DNA from: an uncultured Phycisphaerales bacterium | GTDB taxonomy: Bacteria > Planctomycetota > Phycisphaerae > Tepidisphaerales > Tepidisphaeraceae | DNA: 64,000 nt | NCBI GenBank assembly: GCA_963844715.1 | Contig: CAWJPJ010000008.1 | Location: 352,001-416,000 of the forward strand | Direction of reading: 5' to 3' | Shown here: positions 32,260 to 42,552 of the stretch, in pieces | How positions within the stretch are numbered: position 1 is the stretch's first letter | How the letters are laid out: each line of letters opens with the position of its first letter | Made by a program: the position numbers and the translations under genes | Notes under the pieces: model-generated | The model's database searches: none | What the model was told of the DNA's origin: nothing | Seen by the model: the letters and a program-made list of their open reading frames with translations, nothing else

Positions 32260-34784
32260 CCGACTCGACGATCTCCGGCAACACCGCGACGGGCGGGACC
32301 GGAGGGGGCTTTAGTTTCAACGCGCACTACGATTATGTCACCCACGCGAGCAGTCCGCCGCCGACAATCAACGGGACGATCGTTTCCGGGAATACCGGCG
32401 GTGATTTTTATGGCACGCAATACACTGCCGGGGACGATGTCTTCGATGGAACCAATAACCTCATCGGCGGAAATGCGCTGCTGGCGGGGCTTGGAGCTTA
32501 CGGGGCAACGGTAATGGCGGGAGCCACGTTGGGGGTGGCGACTCCGGTAACCGTGGACACGATGGCGCTGCTGCCGGGGTCGCCGGCACTGGACGCGGGA
32601 GGCATCTTTGACGATGAGAGCGGGAATGCGATCGCGACGGATGTGCGTGGCGTGAGCCGCGATCCCGCTGAGGGATCATCCGACATCGGCGCGTTTCAGA
32701 GCCTTGGGTTCAACGTCACCATCACCGCGGGGAACAATCAAAGCGCGGCCGTCAATACGCCATTCTCCACCGCTCTGGGGGTCCACGTTACGGCCAACGA
32801 TTCCGGACTGACCGATCTGAGCGGCGGTATCGTGACCTTCATTGCTCCCTCGACGAGCGCGACCGCCGTGCTGGGAACCAATCGGTTGATCTCCGACTCG
32901 GTTGCGCTGACCAGTGGCGGCACTGCCACCAGCGACATCCCCACGGCGGACGATGTGACCGGAACCTACAGTGTGACGGCGTCGGCTACGCCTTATGCGA
33001 CTTCATCGTTCACGAATTTTGCGCTGACGAACGGCGGGACTCCCACAGCGGGACTCCCGACGCTCTCCATCACTGGCCCGACGACGGCGACCGGCGGTTT
33101 GTCTTACACGCTTACTCTTAACACCAGCGATGCCACGCAAAACATTCCCCTGACCTGGACGATCCAATGGGGGGACGGGCAGGTCAGCACGGCCACGCAG
33201 AATAATGACGCTCTCACAACGGTAACGCTGACCGACGGATTCGCGACGGCACCGGGGAATTTCACGATCTTCGCCACGGCCACGGACGAGAATGGGAATC
33301 TTTACGCGGCGGGGACCGTGCAAGTGAACGAGGACGAGGAAGGGACCGTTCCTCCCGGTCCGGTGCAGGCGCAGGCGATGTCGACTGACTTGGTGCAGCT
33401 GAACTGGCATAGCGTGCTTGGTGCGCAGTACTACGAAGTTTATGGCAGCACCACGCCGAATTTTACTCCAAACCCGGTAAATCTCCTTGGCGAAGGGATA
33501 CCAATACCCTCGTTCGAGGACGACTCAGTCTCGGCCGCGACAAAATACTACTACCAAGTCTTTTCCGTCGATGCGGCGGGCCTGGCGACGTTGGTTGGAC
33601 AGAGTTCCATAACAACGCCCGATTTAAATACCCCGGTAGATGACCCGGTTTCGCCTACAAATGTGCAGGTCGCCGGTATTAACGACCTTGAGCTATTCGT
33701 GTCCTGGGATAAGCCCAATACGATCCTTGGGTTGGTCTACTACACCATCGACATCTCGACCAGTGCAACTGGCGGTTGGAAGGTGGCAGGATATGCCGAG
33801 GCGGACGCAACAAATTTTATAGTTCGCACTACCGATGCAACCACAAATGACAGCTTCTTGGCAAGCGGCGTACCATATTATATTAGCGTTCAGGCCGATT
33901 ACGTGGATGAAGAAGACCCAATTCCTAGCGGGTGGTGTGTGTCACAAACTAGTGCCGAAACCGTTCCGCCTTCGTTCGACAACGTCGTTGTTATTGTCGG
34001 CGGCCAAAACCAACCGCTTTCCTACCTGTTGCAAGGGCTTCAGGTAGTTAATGGGGCTATTGTTCCCACCGTGGAAAACGGCGTCAATGTGGCTGGCAAT
34101 AGCGTTGGGCAGATATGGTGGCGCCTCGAAAATGATGGGTTTAATGCCTATATAACCGCCGACCCTCACGATGGCGGTGACGACAACTTAGGACGTAACA
34201 CTTGGGAGGAGACTTTGGACCCACCCCAAGAAATCCAGCCTGTTCTAATGCCCGACGGGTCAGGACTTCTCTATGATGAGATAACGACGATGGAGGTCAA
34301 TCGCTTCGCTACGACTTACGAGAATGAAACTCCGCAGACCAACCCAGGAGTCGTGTATTATGCTTTGATTGGCTATAGTCACGGTGGAGGAATGATCTAC
34401 AATATTTCGCAAAAAATGCTCTCCAGTCCACTGGCGACTCATATGCTTTTGCCGATTGCGGTAACGATCGACGCCGTAAATTACGGTACGGGTGCCTGGG
34501 TTGGATACCAGGAATGGTTTGGCACAGCGCTCACGTCCAATCCGGTTTCAGGCTGGGGTGGCTACGGGGATACGATCGATTACAACTATTACGAAAGTGC
34601 AGGGTACGGACCTTTTGTTCAGGTGCATGGAGTGCCTCTAAATGGGCTTGCTGTTAACGATCCTTCACTCATAGGCGTTAACTACGGCGCGCTCACTCAT
34701 AGTAGTATTGGTGTGTGCCCCGGAATTCTCAATGACGCCACGGATCAGATTCTCAACACATTCTACGAAGACTTGGACCTTTAA
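32260..34784 (+). pseudogene. Orphan C-terminal cassette C, hydrolase tip GYSHGGG
   Basis: Same abrupt start point as cassette B; internal ATG at 32514; motifs TIDAV and THSSI. Confidence 0.78.
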
Positions 34785-34815
34785 TAGGGAGTTAGGATGA
34801 GCGACCAACTCATGA

Positions 34816-35343
34816 TTGGAGAAACTGATGCCCCAGCCGGAGAATAATGGAGTGACAAAGTTGCGCACTGCCGACCGACCGATCCAAGCCGTCTTGTCGG
34901 AATCTGAACAACTGCAGAAAGGACAACGCGAATCGCAATTGCTGAATTACGCATCGGAAAAAGCCCCGGCGGCTCAAGGCCGGCTAGGTGCGATGTCGGG
35001 CAAAATGGCATTTGTTTTCGCAGTTCTTCAGGTGCCCTGGTATTGCCTAATGGGCATCATCGGTATGGGCATGATTCCACAGCAGCGAGCGTTTAATCCA
35101 ACGCCGCCCCGACCGTCGGCATTCGAAACAATAGCATGGCATATCGCGTTCATTATTCCTTCTCTGCTGGGTTTTGCTAGCGGTTGTTACTCGCTGAAGG
35201 TCGGAACGATTAGAGGATTTGGAGTCTTTGAGTACGCGGGAACATTAATCTGCGCGGCTGTAATCATTCTGACGGCCCTAGACGTTCCGGTTTTTGTTTG
35301 GGCGTTGAATAGCGTGGTATTCATTATGAAACACTTGTCATAG
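34816..35343 (+). CDS. Small multi-TM protein, candidate immunity protein for cassette C
   Basis: LNYA and QVPW motifs; follows the tip. Start is uncertain. Confidence 0.65.
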   Translation: MEKLMPQPENNGVTKLRTADRPIQAVLSESEQLQKGQRESQLLNYASEKAPAAQGRLGAMSGKMAFVFAVLQVPWYCLMGIIGMGMIPQQRAFNPTPPRPSAFETIAWHIAFIIPSLLGFASGCYSLKVGTIRGFGVFEYAGTLICAAVIILTALDVPVFVWALNSVVFIMKHLS

Positions 35344-35350
35344 GACGAAG

Positions 35351-35378
35351 AAATGAAACCGGGACGCAGCTAGATAGC
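35351..35378 (+). repeat. Direct repeat copy 2 (partner 21251-21278)
   Basis: 26/28 identity; marks the right end of the cassette array. Confidence 0.8.
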
Positions 35379-35611
35379 TCAGCACTTGCATCATCCTTGG
35401 CGGTTCAATGAAGTTTCAAAAATCCGGCGGAAATCACGACTTACGACGAGCAAGCGATGGGATTTGAACGACTCGTGATTATCCGCTAATGTTGCACGCA
35501 ATAGTCTGCATCTGGAATTGGCCATTCAGCTTTCCCTCTACGCGCAATGAGCTGGCGTCAGGGAAGAGTTGTGAAGCGTTTTTTTGCCGGCGCAGGAAGA
35601 AAGGCACATTC

Positions 35612-36424
35612 ATGAATCCCAACAAGGCGTTGTGGGAAAAAGGTGACTTTACAAGAATTGCACAGAGCATGAGGCAAAGCGGAGAGGCGCTGGTCCAGAA
35701 AGTGGGGATCACGAAAGGGCTCCAAGTTCTGGATCTCGGATGCGGAGATGGAACGACCGCTGTGCCGGCGGCAAAACTCGGCGCGGAGGTGTTGGGCGTC
35801 GACATTGCCAGCAATCTTGTGGCGGCGGGGAACGCGCGGGCAAAGGCGATGAACTTGGCAAACTGCCGGTTCCAGGAAGGCGACGCAAGCAATTTGCACG
35901 AATTAAACGACCATACTTTTGACTTGGTCGTCTCCATTTTTGGGGCGATGTTTGCGCCCAAACCGTTTGACGTGGCCAAAGAGATGGTGCGTGTAACCCG
36001 TACCGGCGGCCGGATCGTGATGGGGAACTGGATTCCCAATGATCCGACGCTGGTGGCCCAGATTTTGAGGATCAGTTCCGCATACGCACCGCCGCCGCCG
36101 GAGGGATTTGTTAGCCCGATGACCTGGGGTGTCGAGAGCCAGGTGATAGAGCGGTTCACAGCGGCCGGCGTCGCAAGGGAAAAAATCTCCTTTGCCAGGG
36201 ATACCTTTGCGTTTAACTATCCCAGTGCGCCAGCCGTGTTTCTGGATGAATTCCGAAAATACTATGGGCCAACCATGAACGCGTTCGATGCGGCGGAAAA
36301 GAATGGTCGAGCGGCTGATCTGCAAAGGGAATTGCAATCGCTTTTTGAAAATCAGAACAACCACCCTGATAAGAGCGCCACCTCCATTCCCGCCACTTTC
36401 CTGTGCGTAACCGTTGCGTGTTGA
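35612..36424 (+). CDS. Class I SAM-dependent methyltransferase
   Basis: VLDLGCGDG and FDLVVSIFGAMF. Confidence 0.9.
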   Translation: MNPNKALWEKGDFTRIAQSMRQSGEALVQKVGITKGLQVLDLGCGDGTTAVPAAKLGAEVLGVDIASNLVAAGNARAKAMNLANCRFQEGDASNLHELNDHTFDLVVSIFGAMFAPKPFDVAKEMVRVTRTGGRIVMGNWIPNDPTLVAQILRISSAYAPPPPEGFVSPMTWGVESQVIERFTAAGVAREKISFARDTFAFNYPSAPAVFLDEFRKYYGPTMNAFDAAEKNGRAADLQRELQSLFENQNNHPDKSATSIPATFLCVTVAC

Positions 36425-36659
36425 ACGGCAAGTCCACGCTAGCCGGCGCGAGAAGCGATTCCAAAGAGTTCCAAGGGATCAAGGCGGGTTCGACTGAAGC
36501 CCCGCGATTTCATCGAAAAGAAAAAAGTTTGATTGGTGTCCCGTCACTCCGATTTGATGGGACGAAAATTTTGCCGTCGATAGACGTCGGCGAGGAAAAC
36601 TGAACCGGGGACGCCGTTGGTTGTTTCCTGGCTACGTCTGCGTTCTATTTCCCTTGCCC

Positions 36660-36841
36660 GTGAATCCGGGCAGTTGTCGCTGCGCAACCTGAAGCAGAAT
36701 ATCTACATACTGGAGCCCGGAACGCTCTTCGGACTTGGCGGACGCGTCCACCATCACATTGCACCCGCCAGTATCTACCTTTCTGAAGCAACCGCCTGTT
36801 CGGCGGAAGGACATTCCCGCGCCTTGGAGGCCCGCCGTCAC
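36660..36841 (+). ncRNA. Candidate 6S RNA-like structured RNA (~182 nt)
   Basis: Nested pairings gtga/tcac, cgggc/gcccg, ctgaagcag/ctgttcgg and atactgg/ccagtat enclose an unpaired central bubble (aatatctac); intergenic. Folded by eye only. Confidence 0.45.
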
Positions 36842-36877
36842 AAAACCAGTTTGGGGGTTTAAGTGGCGGGTTTGAGC

Positions 36878-37639
36878 TCATCGGGGGGCGAGATCTCGGC
36901 GGGTAATGTCGATGGCATCCAAGTATTTCTCGGCGATGTTCGCGGGGTGGTGGCATTTTCGCCAGCTGTATTGGCGGTTTACCGTTTGCCAGTGGTCGGC
37001 TTTCCAGGTGGTTAGATAGTTGGTCCAGCGGGCGCTTTGTACGGAGACTAATCCGTCGTTGGGGCCTTCGGCGGCGTAGACGATTTTGTGGGGGATTCTT
37101 GCAAAGGCGGGCATTTCCTTGAAGGGGCGGGCGGCGGCGACTGAAGCGTATCGCACACCCGGCACGTCGCGGATCTTTTCGTTGAATCGAGCGCATTGCT
37201 CGGTGGTCAGGTCGCGCAGCGCGCCGGTCTCCAGGCCGACTTGCTCGGCCCATTGGATCGCCCTCCAGCGGCGGCCGAAATGATCGAGGACCCAATCGAC
37301 CAGGGCGCTGCCTCGGTGGGGGGAGCAGACGGTCAGGAGGGCGGAGATGTGTTTGGCCATATCCATCTCGGCGAGCATGTAACGGGCATCCAGGCCGCCC
37401 ATGGAGTGCCCGACTAGAATGATCGGCCCGGAGTTTATTTGCGGCAGGAGGGATAGAATCCATTTCCGGAGCTGGCCGGCGCGGCGCTGGATCGACGCCG
37501 TCGGATGCACGGCGGAGACGAAGACCTGATAGCCGTGTTCGGCCAGATAGGTGTCGATGTTGCGGAAGGAAACCCATTTAAGGCGTCCGACGCTCATTCC
37601 GCCGCCCATGAAGCCGTGATGAAGGATAATTGCCGCCAT
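36878..37639 (-). CDS. Triacylglycerol lipase-like alpha/beta hydrolase
   Basis: HGF, GHSMGG, PHRGS, NDGLV and DH motifs. Confidence 0.88.
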   Translation of the reverse strand: MAAIILHHGFMGGGMSVGRLKWVSFRNIDTYLAEHGYQVFVSAVHPTASIQRRAGQLRKWILSLLPQINSGPIILVGHSMGGLDARYMLAEMDMAKHISALLTVCSPHRGSALVDWVLDHFGRRWRAIQWAEQVGLETGALRDLTTEQCARFNEKIRDVPGVRYASVAAARPFKEMPAFARIPHKIVYAAEGPNDGLVSVQSARWTNYLTTWKADHWQTVNRQYSWRKCHHPANIAEKYLDAIDITRRDLAPR

Positions 37640-37690
37640 AGTTGCGAGCCGATACATTACCCCGAATTTTGAGTGGGACGAACTGGAAGT

Positions 37691-40600
37691 ATGCCGCGCC
37701 GAAACGATATTCAAGCGATTTTAATCATCGGGTCCGGTCCGATCGTGATCGGGCAGGGGTGCGAATTTGATTACTCGGGCGTTCAGGCCTGCCGGGCCTT
37801 GAAGGAGGAGGGGTACCGCGTCGTTCTGATCAACAGCAATCCGGCGACGATCATGACCGACCCGGAATTTGCGGACGCGACGTATATCGAGCCGATTACG
37901 CCCGAGGGCGTCGAGAAGATTTTGCAGCTCGAGCAATCGCGCGGAACGCCTATCGACGCGGTTCTCCCGACTCTGGGCGGGCAGACGGGGCTGAACACGG
38001 CGGTGGCCTGCTACGACAAAGGGGTTTTCCAGAAATTTGGCGTCAGAATGATCGGGGCCAGCCGCGAGGCGATCAATCGCGGCGAAGACCGCCAGGTCTT
38101 CAAGGACCTGATGATCAAAATCGGCCTGAAGGTGCCGCGCTCGGGCGTCGTGCATTCCCTGGAAGAGGGGCGGAAGGTCATGGCGGACATCGGCCTGCCG
38201 CTGATCATCCGACCGGCCTTCACGCTCGGTGGCACCGGGGGCGGAATCGCCTATAACGTCGAGGAATTCGAAACGATCGTGCAGCGCGGGCTGGACGCCT
38301 CGCCGGTGACGGAAGTGCTCATCGAGCAATCGGTCATCGGGTGGAAAGAGTTTGAAATGGAGGTCATGCGCGACAAGAACGACAACGCGGTGATCATCTG
38401 CTCGATCGAGAACGTCGATCCGATGGGGGTGCACACGGGCGACTCCATCACCGTCGCGCCGATTCAGACCCTGACGGATAAGGAATACCAGCGGATGCGG
38501 GATGCGAGCATCGCGATCATCCGGGCGGTGGGCGTGGAAACCGGCGGGAGCAATATCCAATTCGCCATCAATCCCGAGAACGGGGACATGATCGTCGTGG
38601 AGATGAACCCGCGCGTGAGCCGTTCCTCGGCCCTGGCTTCGAAGGCGACGGGTTACCCGATCGCGAAACTGGCCGCCAAACTTGCGGTCGGATACACACT
38701 GGATGAACTGCCGAATTACATCACCAGCAAAAAAGCCAAGGACGGGAAGTGGGATTATTACACGTCCGCCTGTTTCGAGCCGACGATCGATTATTGCGTC
38801 ATCAAGATTCCGCGCTGGACGTTCGAGAAATTCCCGGATGCCGATGAGACGCTGACGACGCAGATGAAAAGCGTCGGCGAGGCGATGGCGATCGGGCGCA
38901 CCTTCAAGGAAGCGTTGCAAAAAGGGATTCGCTCGATGGAGGTGAAGCGGTTTGGGTTCGGGTTGGACGCCGATGACAAATCGCTGCCGGCACAGGAAGG
39001 CAAGACATCCGAGTGGCCGATTCCTGAGGAGACGCTTCGCCGCAAGCTCGTCATCCCCAGCCAGGGGCGGCTGTATTACATCCGCTATGCGATGAAGATG
39101 GGTTGGTCGCTCGATCAGATTTACGATCTGACCAAAATTGACAAATGGTTCTTGGCGGAGATGAAGCAGCTTGTCGATTTCGAATCGCAACTGACGGCGG
39201 GCGATCTCCCCGGCGTTTTGCGGCAGGCGAAGCAGTGGGGCTATAGCGACATCCAGATCGCCACGGCCGTGCGATCGACGCCGAGCGCCATCCGGCAGAT
39301 GCGAAAAGAAGCGGGGATCGAGCCGGTTTACAAACTCGTTGACACGTGCGCCGCCGAGTTCGAGGCGTCCACGCCCTATTACTACTCGACCTACGAGACT
39401 CCTTTTACGGTGAATGGAAAACCGGCCACGGAAGACGAAATCCGCCTCACCGACAAGCAGAAAGTCGTCATCATCGGCGGCGGTCCCAACCGGATCGGGC
39501 AGGGGATTGAATTTGATTATTGCTGCGTCCAGGCGGCGTTTGCGATGCGGGAGCTGGGGCTGGAATCGGTCATGATCAATTCCAATCCAGAAACCGTCAG
39601 CACCGATTACGACACCAGCGACCTGCTCTTTTTTGAGCCGCTGACGCATGAAGACATTTTGAATATCTGCGAGCGCCTCACCGGCGGCGATCGCAAGCTG
39701 CTCAAAGGCGTCATTGTGCAATTCGGCGGGCAGACGCCCCTGAACTTGGCGCGGGGGCTCAAAAACGCCGGGGTGCCGATTCTTGGCACGACCGTCGAAT
39801 CGCTGGATGCGGCGGGAGATCGCGAGCAATTCCGGGCCTTGGTGCAGAAATTGAAATTGAAGCAGCCGGCCAACGGAATCGCGCGGAGCATCAGCGAGGC
39901 CCGGGAGATCGCCAAAAAGATCGGGTATCCGGTGCTGGTGCGTCCCAGCTTTGTCCTGGGCGGGCGGGCGATGGAGATCGTCTCCGACGAAGTGCAGCTT
40001 AACTATTACATGGCCAACGCGGTGGACGCCTCGACGATCGCCAATGCGCCGATTCTGGTCGACAAATTTCTGGATGCCGCGACGGAGTGCGATGTGGATT
40101 GCGTCGCGGATTTTGATCCAACGGGAAAATCGGAGTCCGGGGGGGCGATCATCATCGGGGTCATGGAGCATATCGAAGAGGCGGGGATTCATTCCGGCGA
40201 TAGCGCGTGCGCTTTGCCGCCATACTCTCTGTCGCCGGCGATTATCGAGCGGCTGAAGAGTCAGACGAAGGAACTGGCCAAGGCTCTGCGCGTGCGCGGG
40301 CTGATGAACGTGCAATATGCGATCAAGGAGGGGGAGATTTATCTGATCGAGGTCAACCCGCGCGCCAGCCGGACCGTGCCCTTTGTTTCCAAAGCGACGG
40401 GCGTGCCCTGGGCGAAAATCGCGGCAAAAGTCATGGCGGGGAAATCGCTCGACGAACTGGGCGCCCACGAACTCCCTGACCCGAAGCACACCTCCGTTAA
40501 GGAAGTGGTCTTCCCCTTCAGCAAATTCCCCGGCGTGGACATCATCCTCGGGCCCGAGATGCGCTCGACGGGCGAAGTGATGGGGATCGACGCCGATTTT

Positions 40601-41062
40601 CCCCATGCGTTTGCCAAGAGCCAGATCGCGGCGGGCACGGATTTGCCGACCAAGGGGAACGTTTTTATTTCCGTGCGGGATGCCGACAAGGAGGCGATCG
40701 TCCCCGCGGCCCGGGCGCTGTCCGAGTCGGGCTTCCAAATCCTCGCCACAGCTGGGACGCTGCAGGCGCTTTCTCGGAACGACGTGCCGGCGGTTCGCGT
40801 CCCCAAGATGGGCCAGGGCCGGCCGAATATTCAGGACCACATCAAGAACGGCAAGATTCAGCTCATCATCAACACGCCGACGAAGAAGGGACCGACCACG
40901 GATGAGGGGAAGATTCGGGCGATGGCGGTGATGCATCGGGTGCCGATCGTGACGACGGTGACCGGCGCCAACGCCGCGGCCCGCGCGATCAAGGCGATGC
41001 AGGCGGGGGGGTGGAAGGTGAAGCCGTTGCAGGATTATTTCGCCGATGGCTGCGCCAAGTAG
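37691..41062 (+). CDS. carB: Carbamoyl-phosphate synthase large subunit
   Basis: [44 protein letters not shown], second ATP-grasp half and MGS domain. Confidence 0.98.
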   Translation: MPRRNDIQAILIIGSGPIVIGQGCEFDYSGVQACRALKEEGYRVVLINSNPATIMTDPEFADATYIEPITPEGVEKILQLEQSRGTPIDAVLPTLGGQTGLNTAVACYDKGVFQKFGVRMIGASREAINRGEDRQVFKDLMIKIGLKVPRSGVVHSLEEGRKVMADIGLPLIIRPAFTLGGTGGGIAYNVEEFETIVQRGLDASPVTEVLIEQSVIGWKEFEMEVMRDKNDNAVIICSIENVDPMGVHTGDSITVAPIQTLTDKEYQRMRDASIAIIRAVGVETGGSNIQFAINPENGDMIVVEMNPRVSRSSALASKATGYPIAKLAAKLAVGYTLDELPNYITSKKAKDGKWDYYTSACFEPTIDYCVIKIPRWTFEKFPDADETLTTQMKSVGEAMAIGRTFKEALQKGIRSMEVKRFGFGLDADDKSLPAQEGKTSEWPIPEETLRRKLVIPSQGRLYYIRYAMKMGWSLDQIYDLTKIDKWFLAEMKQLVDFESQLTAGDLPGVLRQAKQWGYSDIQIATAVRSTPSAIRQMRKEAGIEPVYKLVDTCAAEFEASTPYYYSTYETPFTVNGKPATEDEIRLTDKQKVVIIGGGPNRIGQGIEFDYCCVQAAFAMRELGLESVMINSNPETVSTDYDTSDLLFFEPLTHEDILNICERLTGGDRKLLKGVIVQFGGQTPLNLARGLKNAGVPILGTTVESLDAAGDREQFRALVQKLKLKQPANGIARSISEAREIAKKIGYPVLVRPSFVLGGRAMEIVSDEVQLNYYMANAVDASTIANAPILVDKFLDAATECDVDCVADFDPTGKSESGGAIIIGVMEHIEEAGIHSGDSACALPPYSLSPAIIERLKSQTKELAKALRVRGLMNVQYAIKEGEIYLIEVNPRASRTVPFVSKATGVPWAKIAAKVMAGKSLDELGAHELPDPKHTSVKEVVFPFSKFPGVDIILGPEMRSTGEVMGIDADFPHAFAKSQIAAGTDLPTKGNVFISVRDADKEAIVPAARALSESGFQILATAGTLQALSRNDVPAVRVPKMGQGRPNIQDHIKNGKIQLIINTPTKKGPTTDEGKIRAMAVMHRVPIVTTVTGANAAARAIKAMQAGGWKVKPLQDYFADGCAK

Positions 41063-41822
41063 CGACATTCTCCGGCGACTCGACGACGAGCGACGCAATC
41101 TGAGCCGGTTCGGGGAAGTGCTCGACAAATTGCCGCTGGTTACACGCTTGCGATCGGCGGCGCGGTTGTGGCACACCGTCATCGCATCCGATTTAAGCCG
41201 GGACAACGCAGATCAGGCGATCGACGCCGAAATCGATCATCATCGGACCAGCGGCGCCGGTTTTGAGTGGAAAGTCTATTCGCACGATTCCCCGCCCGAT
41301 CTGCTGGATCGGTTGAGAACGCGCGGGTTTGCGATCGGGGCGCGCGAGTCGGTGATGGTGTTCGATCTGGCCGATCCTCCCTCATGGATCGCGGAGACGG
41401 CGCATCGCGTGGTTCGGATCGAGGAGCCGGGTCAGATCGCGGACATTCGCCGGGTCGCGGAGGCGGTTTTCAAGAAGGATTATTCGCTGACGTCGGGAGA
41501 ACTCGCCGCCGCGCTGGCGGCCGGAAACGGCGAACATCGCGGCTATGTGGCGTACGAAGAACGGTCGCAAACTCCGGTGAGCATTGGCCGGCTCTACACC
41601 CATCCCCAAAGCCGCTTCGGCGGGCTTTATGGCGGGGGAACGCTGGCGGAATATCGCGGCCGGGGATTCTATCGCGCGGTTCTCGCGGCGAGGGCTCGCG
41701 ACGCGATCTCCGCGGGTGCGGCAAATTTGATTGTGGACGCTCTGCCCACCAGCCAGCCAATTCTGGAGCGGCTCAGCTTCCGCAAAGTCGCCGATACCTG
41801 GCCGTGCGAATATCGCCTATGA
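41046..41822 (+). CDS. GNAT family acetyltransferase
   Basis: [13 protein letters not shown] acetyl-CoA binding motif. Confidence 0.8.
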   Translation: MAAPSSDILRRLDDERRNLSRFGEVLDKLPLVTRLRSAARLWHTVIASDLSRDNADQAIDAEIDHHRTSGAGFEWKVYSHDSPPDLLDRLRTRGFAIGARESVMVFDLADPPSWIAETAHRVVRIEEPGQIADIRRVAEAVFKKDYSLTSGELAAALAAGNGEHRGYVAYEERSQTPVSIGRLYTHPQSRFGGLYGGGTLAEYRGRGFYRAVLAARARDAISAGAANLIVDALPTSQPILERLSFRKVADTWPCEYRL

Positions 41823-41832
41823 TGCGGACCAC

Positions 41833-42552
41833 ATGAAATCGACGGTGGACGAGATTCGGGATCGCTTTGATAAGGATGTCGAGCGGTTCAGCGTTTTGCA
41901 GACCGGGCAATCGGCGACGATGGATGCGCCGCTGGGGCTGGAGCTGATCTGCTCGGCGGCGGCGGCGGTTTCGCCGAAGGCGAAGCGCTTGCTCGACGTT
42001 GGCTGCGGGGCGGGGAATTACTCATTGAAGATGCTTGAGAAGATGCCGGGGATGGACGTGACGCTGGTCGATTTGAGCCGGGCGATGCTGGACCGGGCAG
42101 TGCAGCGCGTCGCGGCGGCGACGAAAGGGAAGGTCGTCGCCATCCAATCCGACATTCGCGAATTGACGGTGGGCGACGGGCAATTCGACGTTGCCGTGGC
42201 GGGGGCGGTTCTGCATCATTTGCGCACCGACGCCGAGTGGCGGGCGGTGTTCGCCAAAATTCACCGCGGGCTTGGCCCAGGCGGGTCGTTCTGGATCTGG
42301 GACATGGTTTTGGAAGAATCGCCGGAGATTCAGGCGATCCAATGGAAACGCTACGGCGAATATCTCACGAATCTGAAGAATGCCGCGTATCGCGACGAGG
42401 TTTTTGACTACATCGAAAAGGAAGACACGCCGCGGAGCTTGTTCTTTCAGGTTGATCTGCTGCGCGAGGTGGGATTTTCCAGAGTGGAAATCCTGCATAA
42501 GCATTCGATCTTTGCGGCGTTTGGGGCGGTCAAGTCTTCACCAAAACATTAG
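41833..42552 (+). CDS. Class I SAM-dependent methyltransferase (CmoA-like)
   Basis: LLDVGCGAG and AVLHHL. Confidence 0.85.
   Translation: MKSTVDEIRDRFDKDVERFSVLQTGQSATMDAPLGLELICSAAAAVSPKAKRLLDVGCGAGNYSLKMLEKMPGMDVTLVDLSRAMLDRAVQRVAAATKGKVVAIQSDIRELTVGDGQFDVAVAGAVLHHLRTDAEWRAVFAKIHRGLGPGGSFWIWDMVLEESPEIQAIQWKRYGEYLTNLKNAAYRDEVFDYIEKEDTPRSLFFQVDLLREVGFSRVEILHKHSIFAAFGAVKSSPKH

Noticed and set aside
14532..35378. Diversity-generating retroelement or CRISPR explanation for the repeats
   Set aside because: No reverse transcriptase or cas genes, no regular repeat-spacer period, and differences between copies are block-like rather than adenine-specific.
21251..35378. Integron cassette array
   Set aside because: No integron integrase seen and I could not find attC-type inverted core sites.
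36878..37639. Neighbouring lipase as a fifth tip
   Set aside because: Opposite strand, different motif set (GHSMGG/PHRGS), no shared anchor DNA and no partner gene.
37721..41206. 1161-aa minus-strand ORF
   Set aside because: Antisense shadow of carB caused by GC-rich codon bias; no recognisable motifs.
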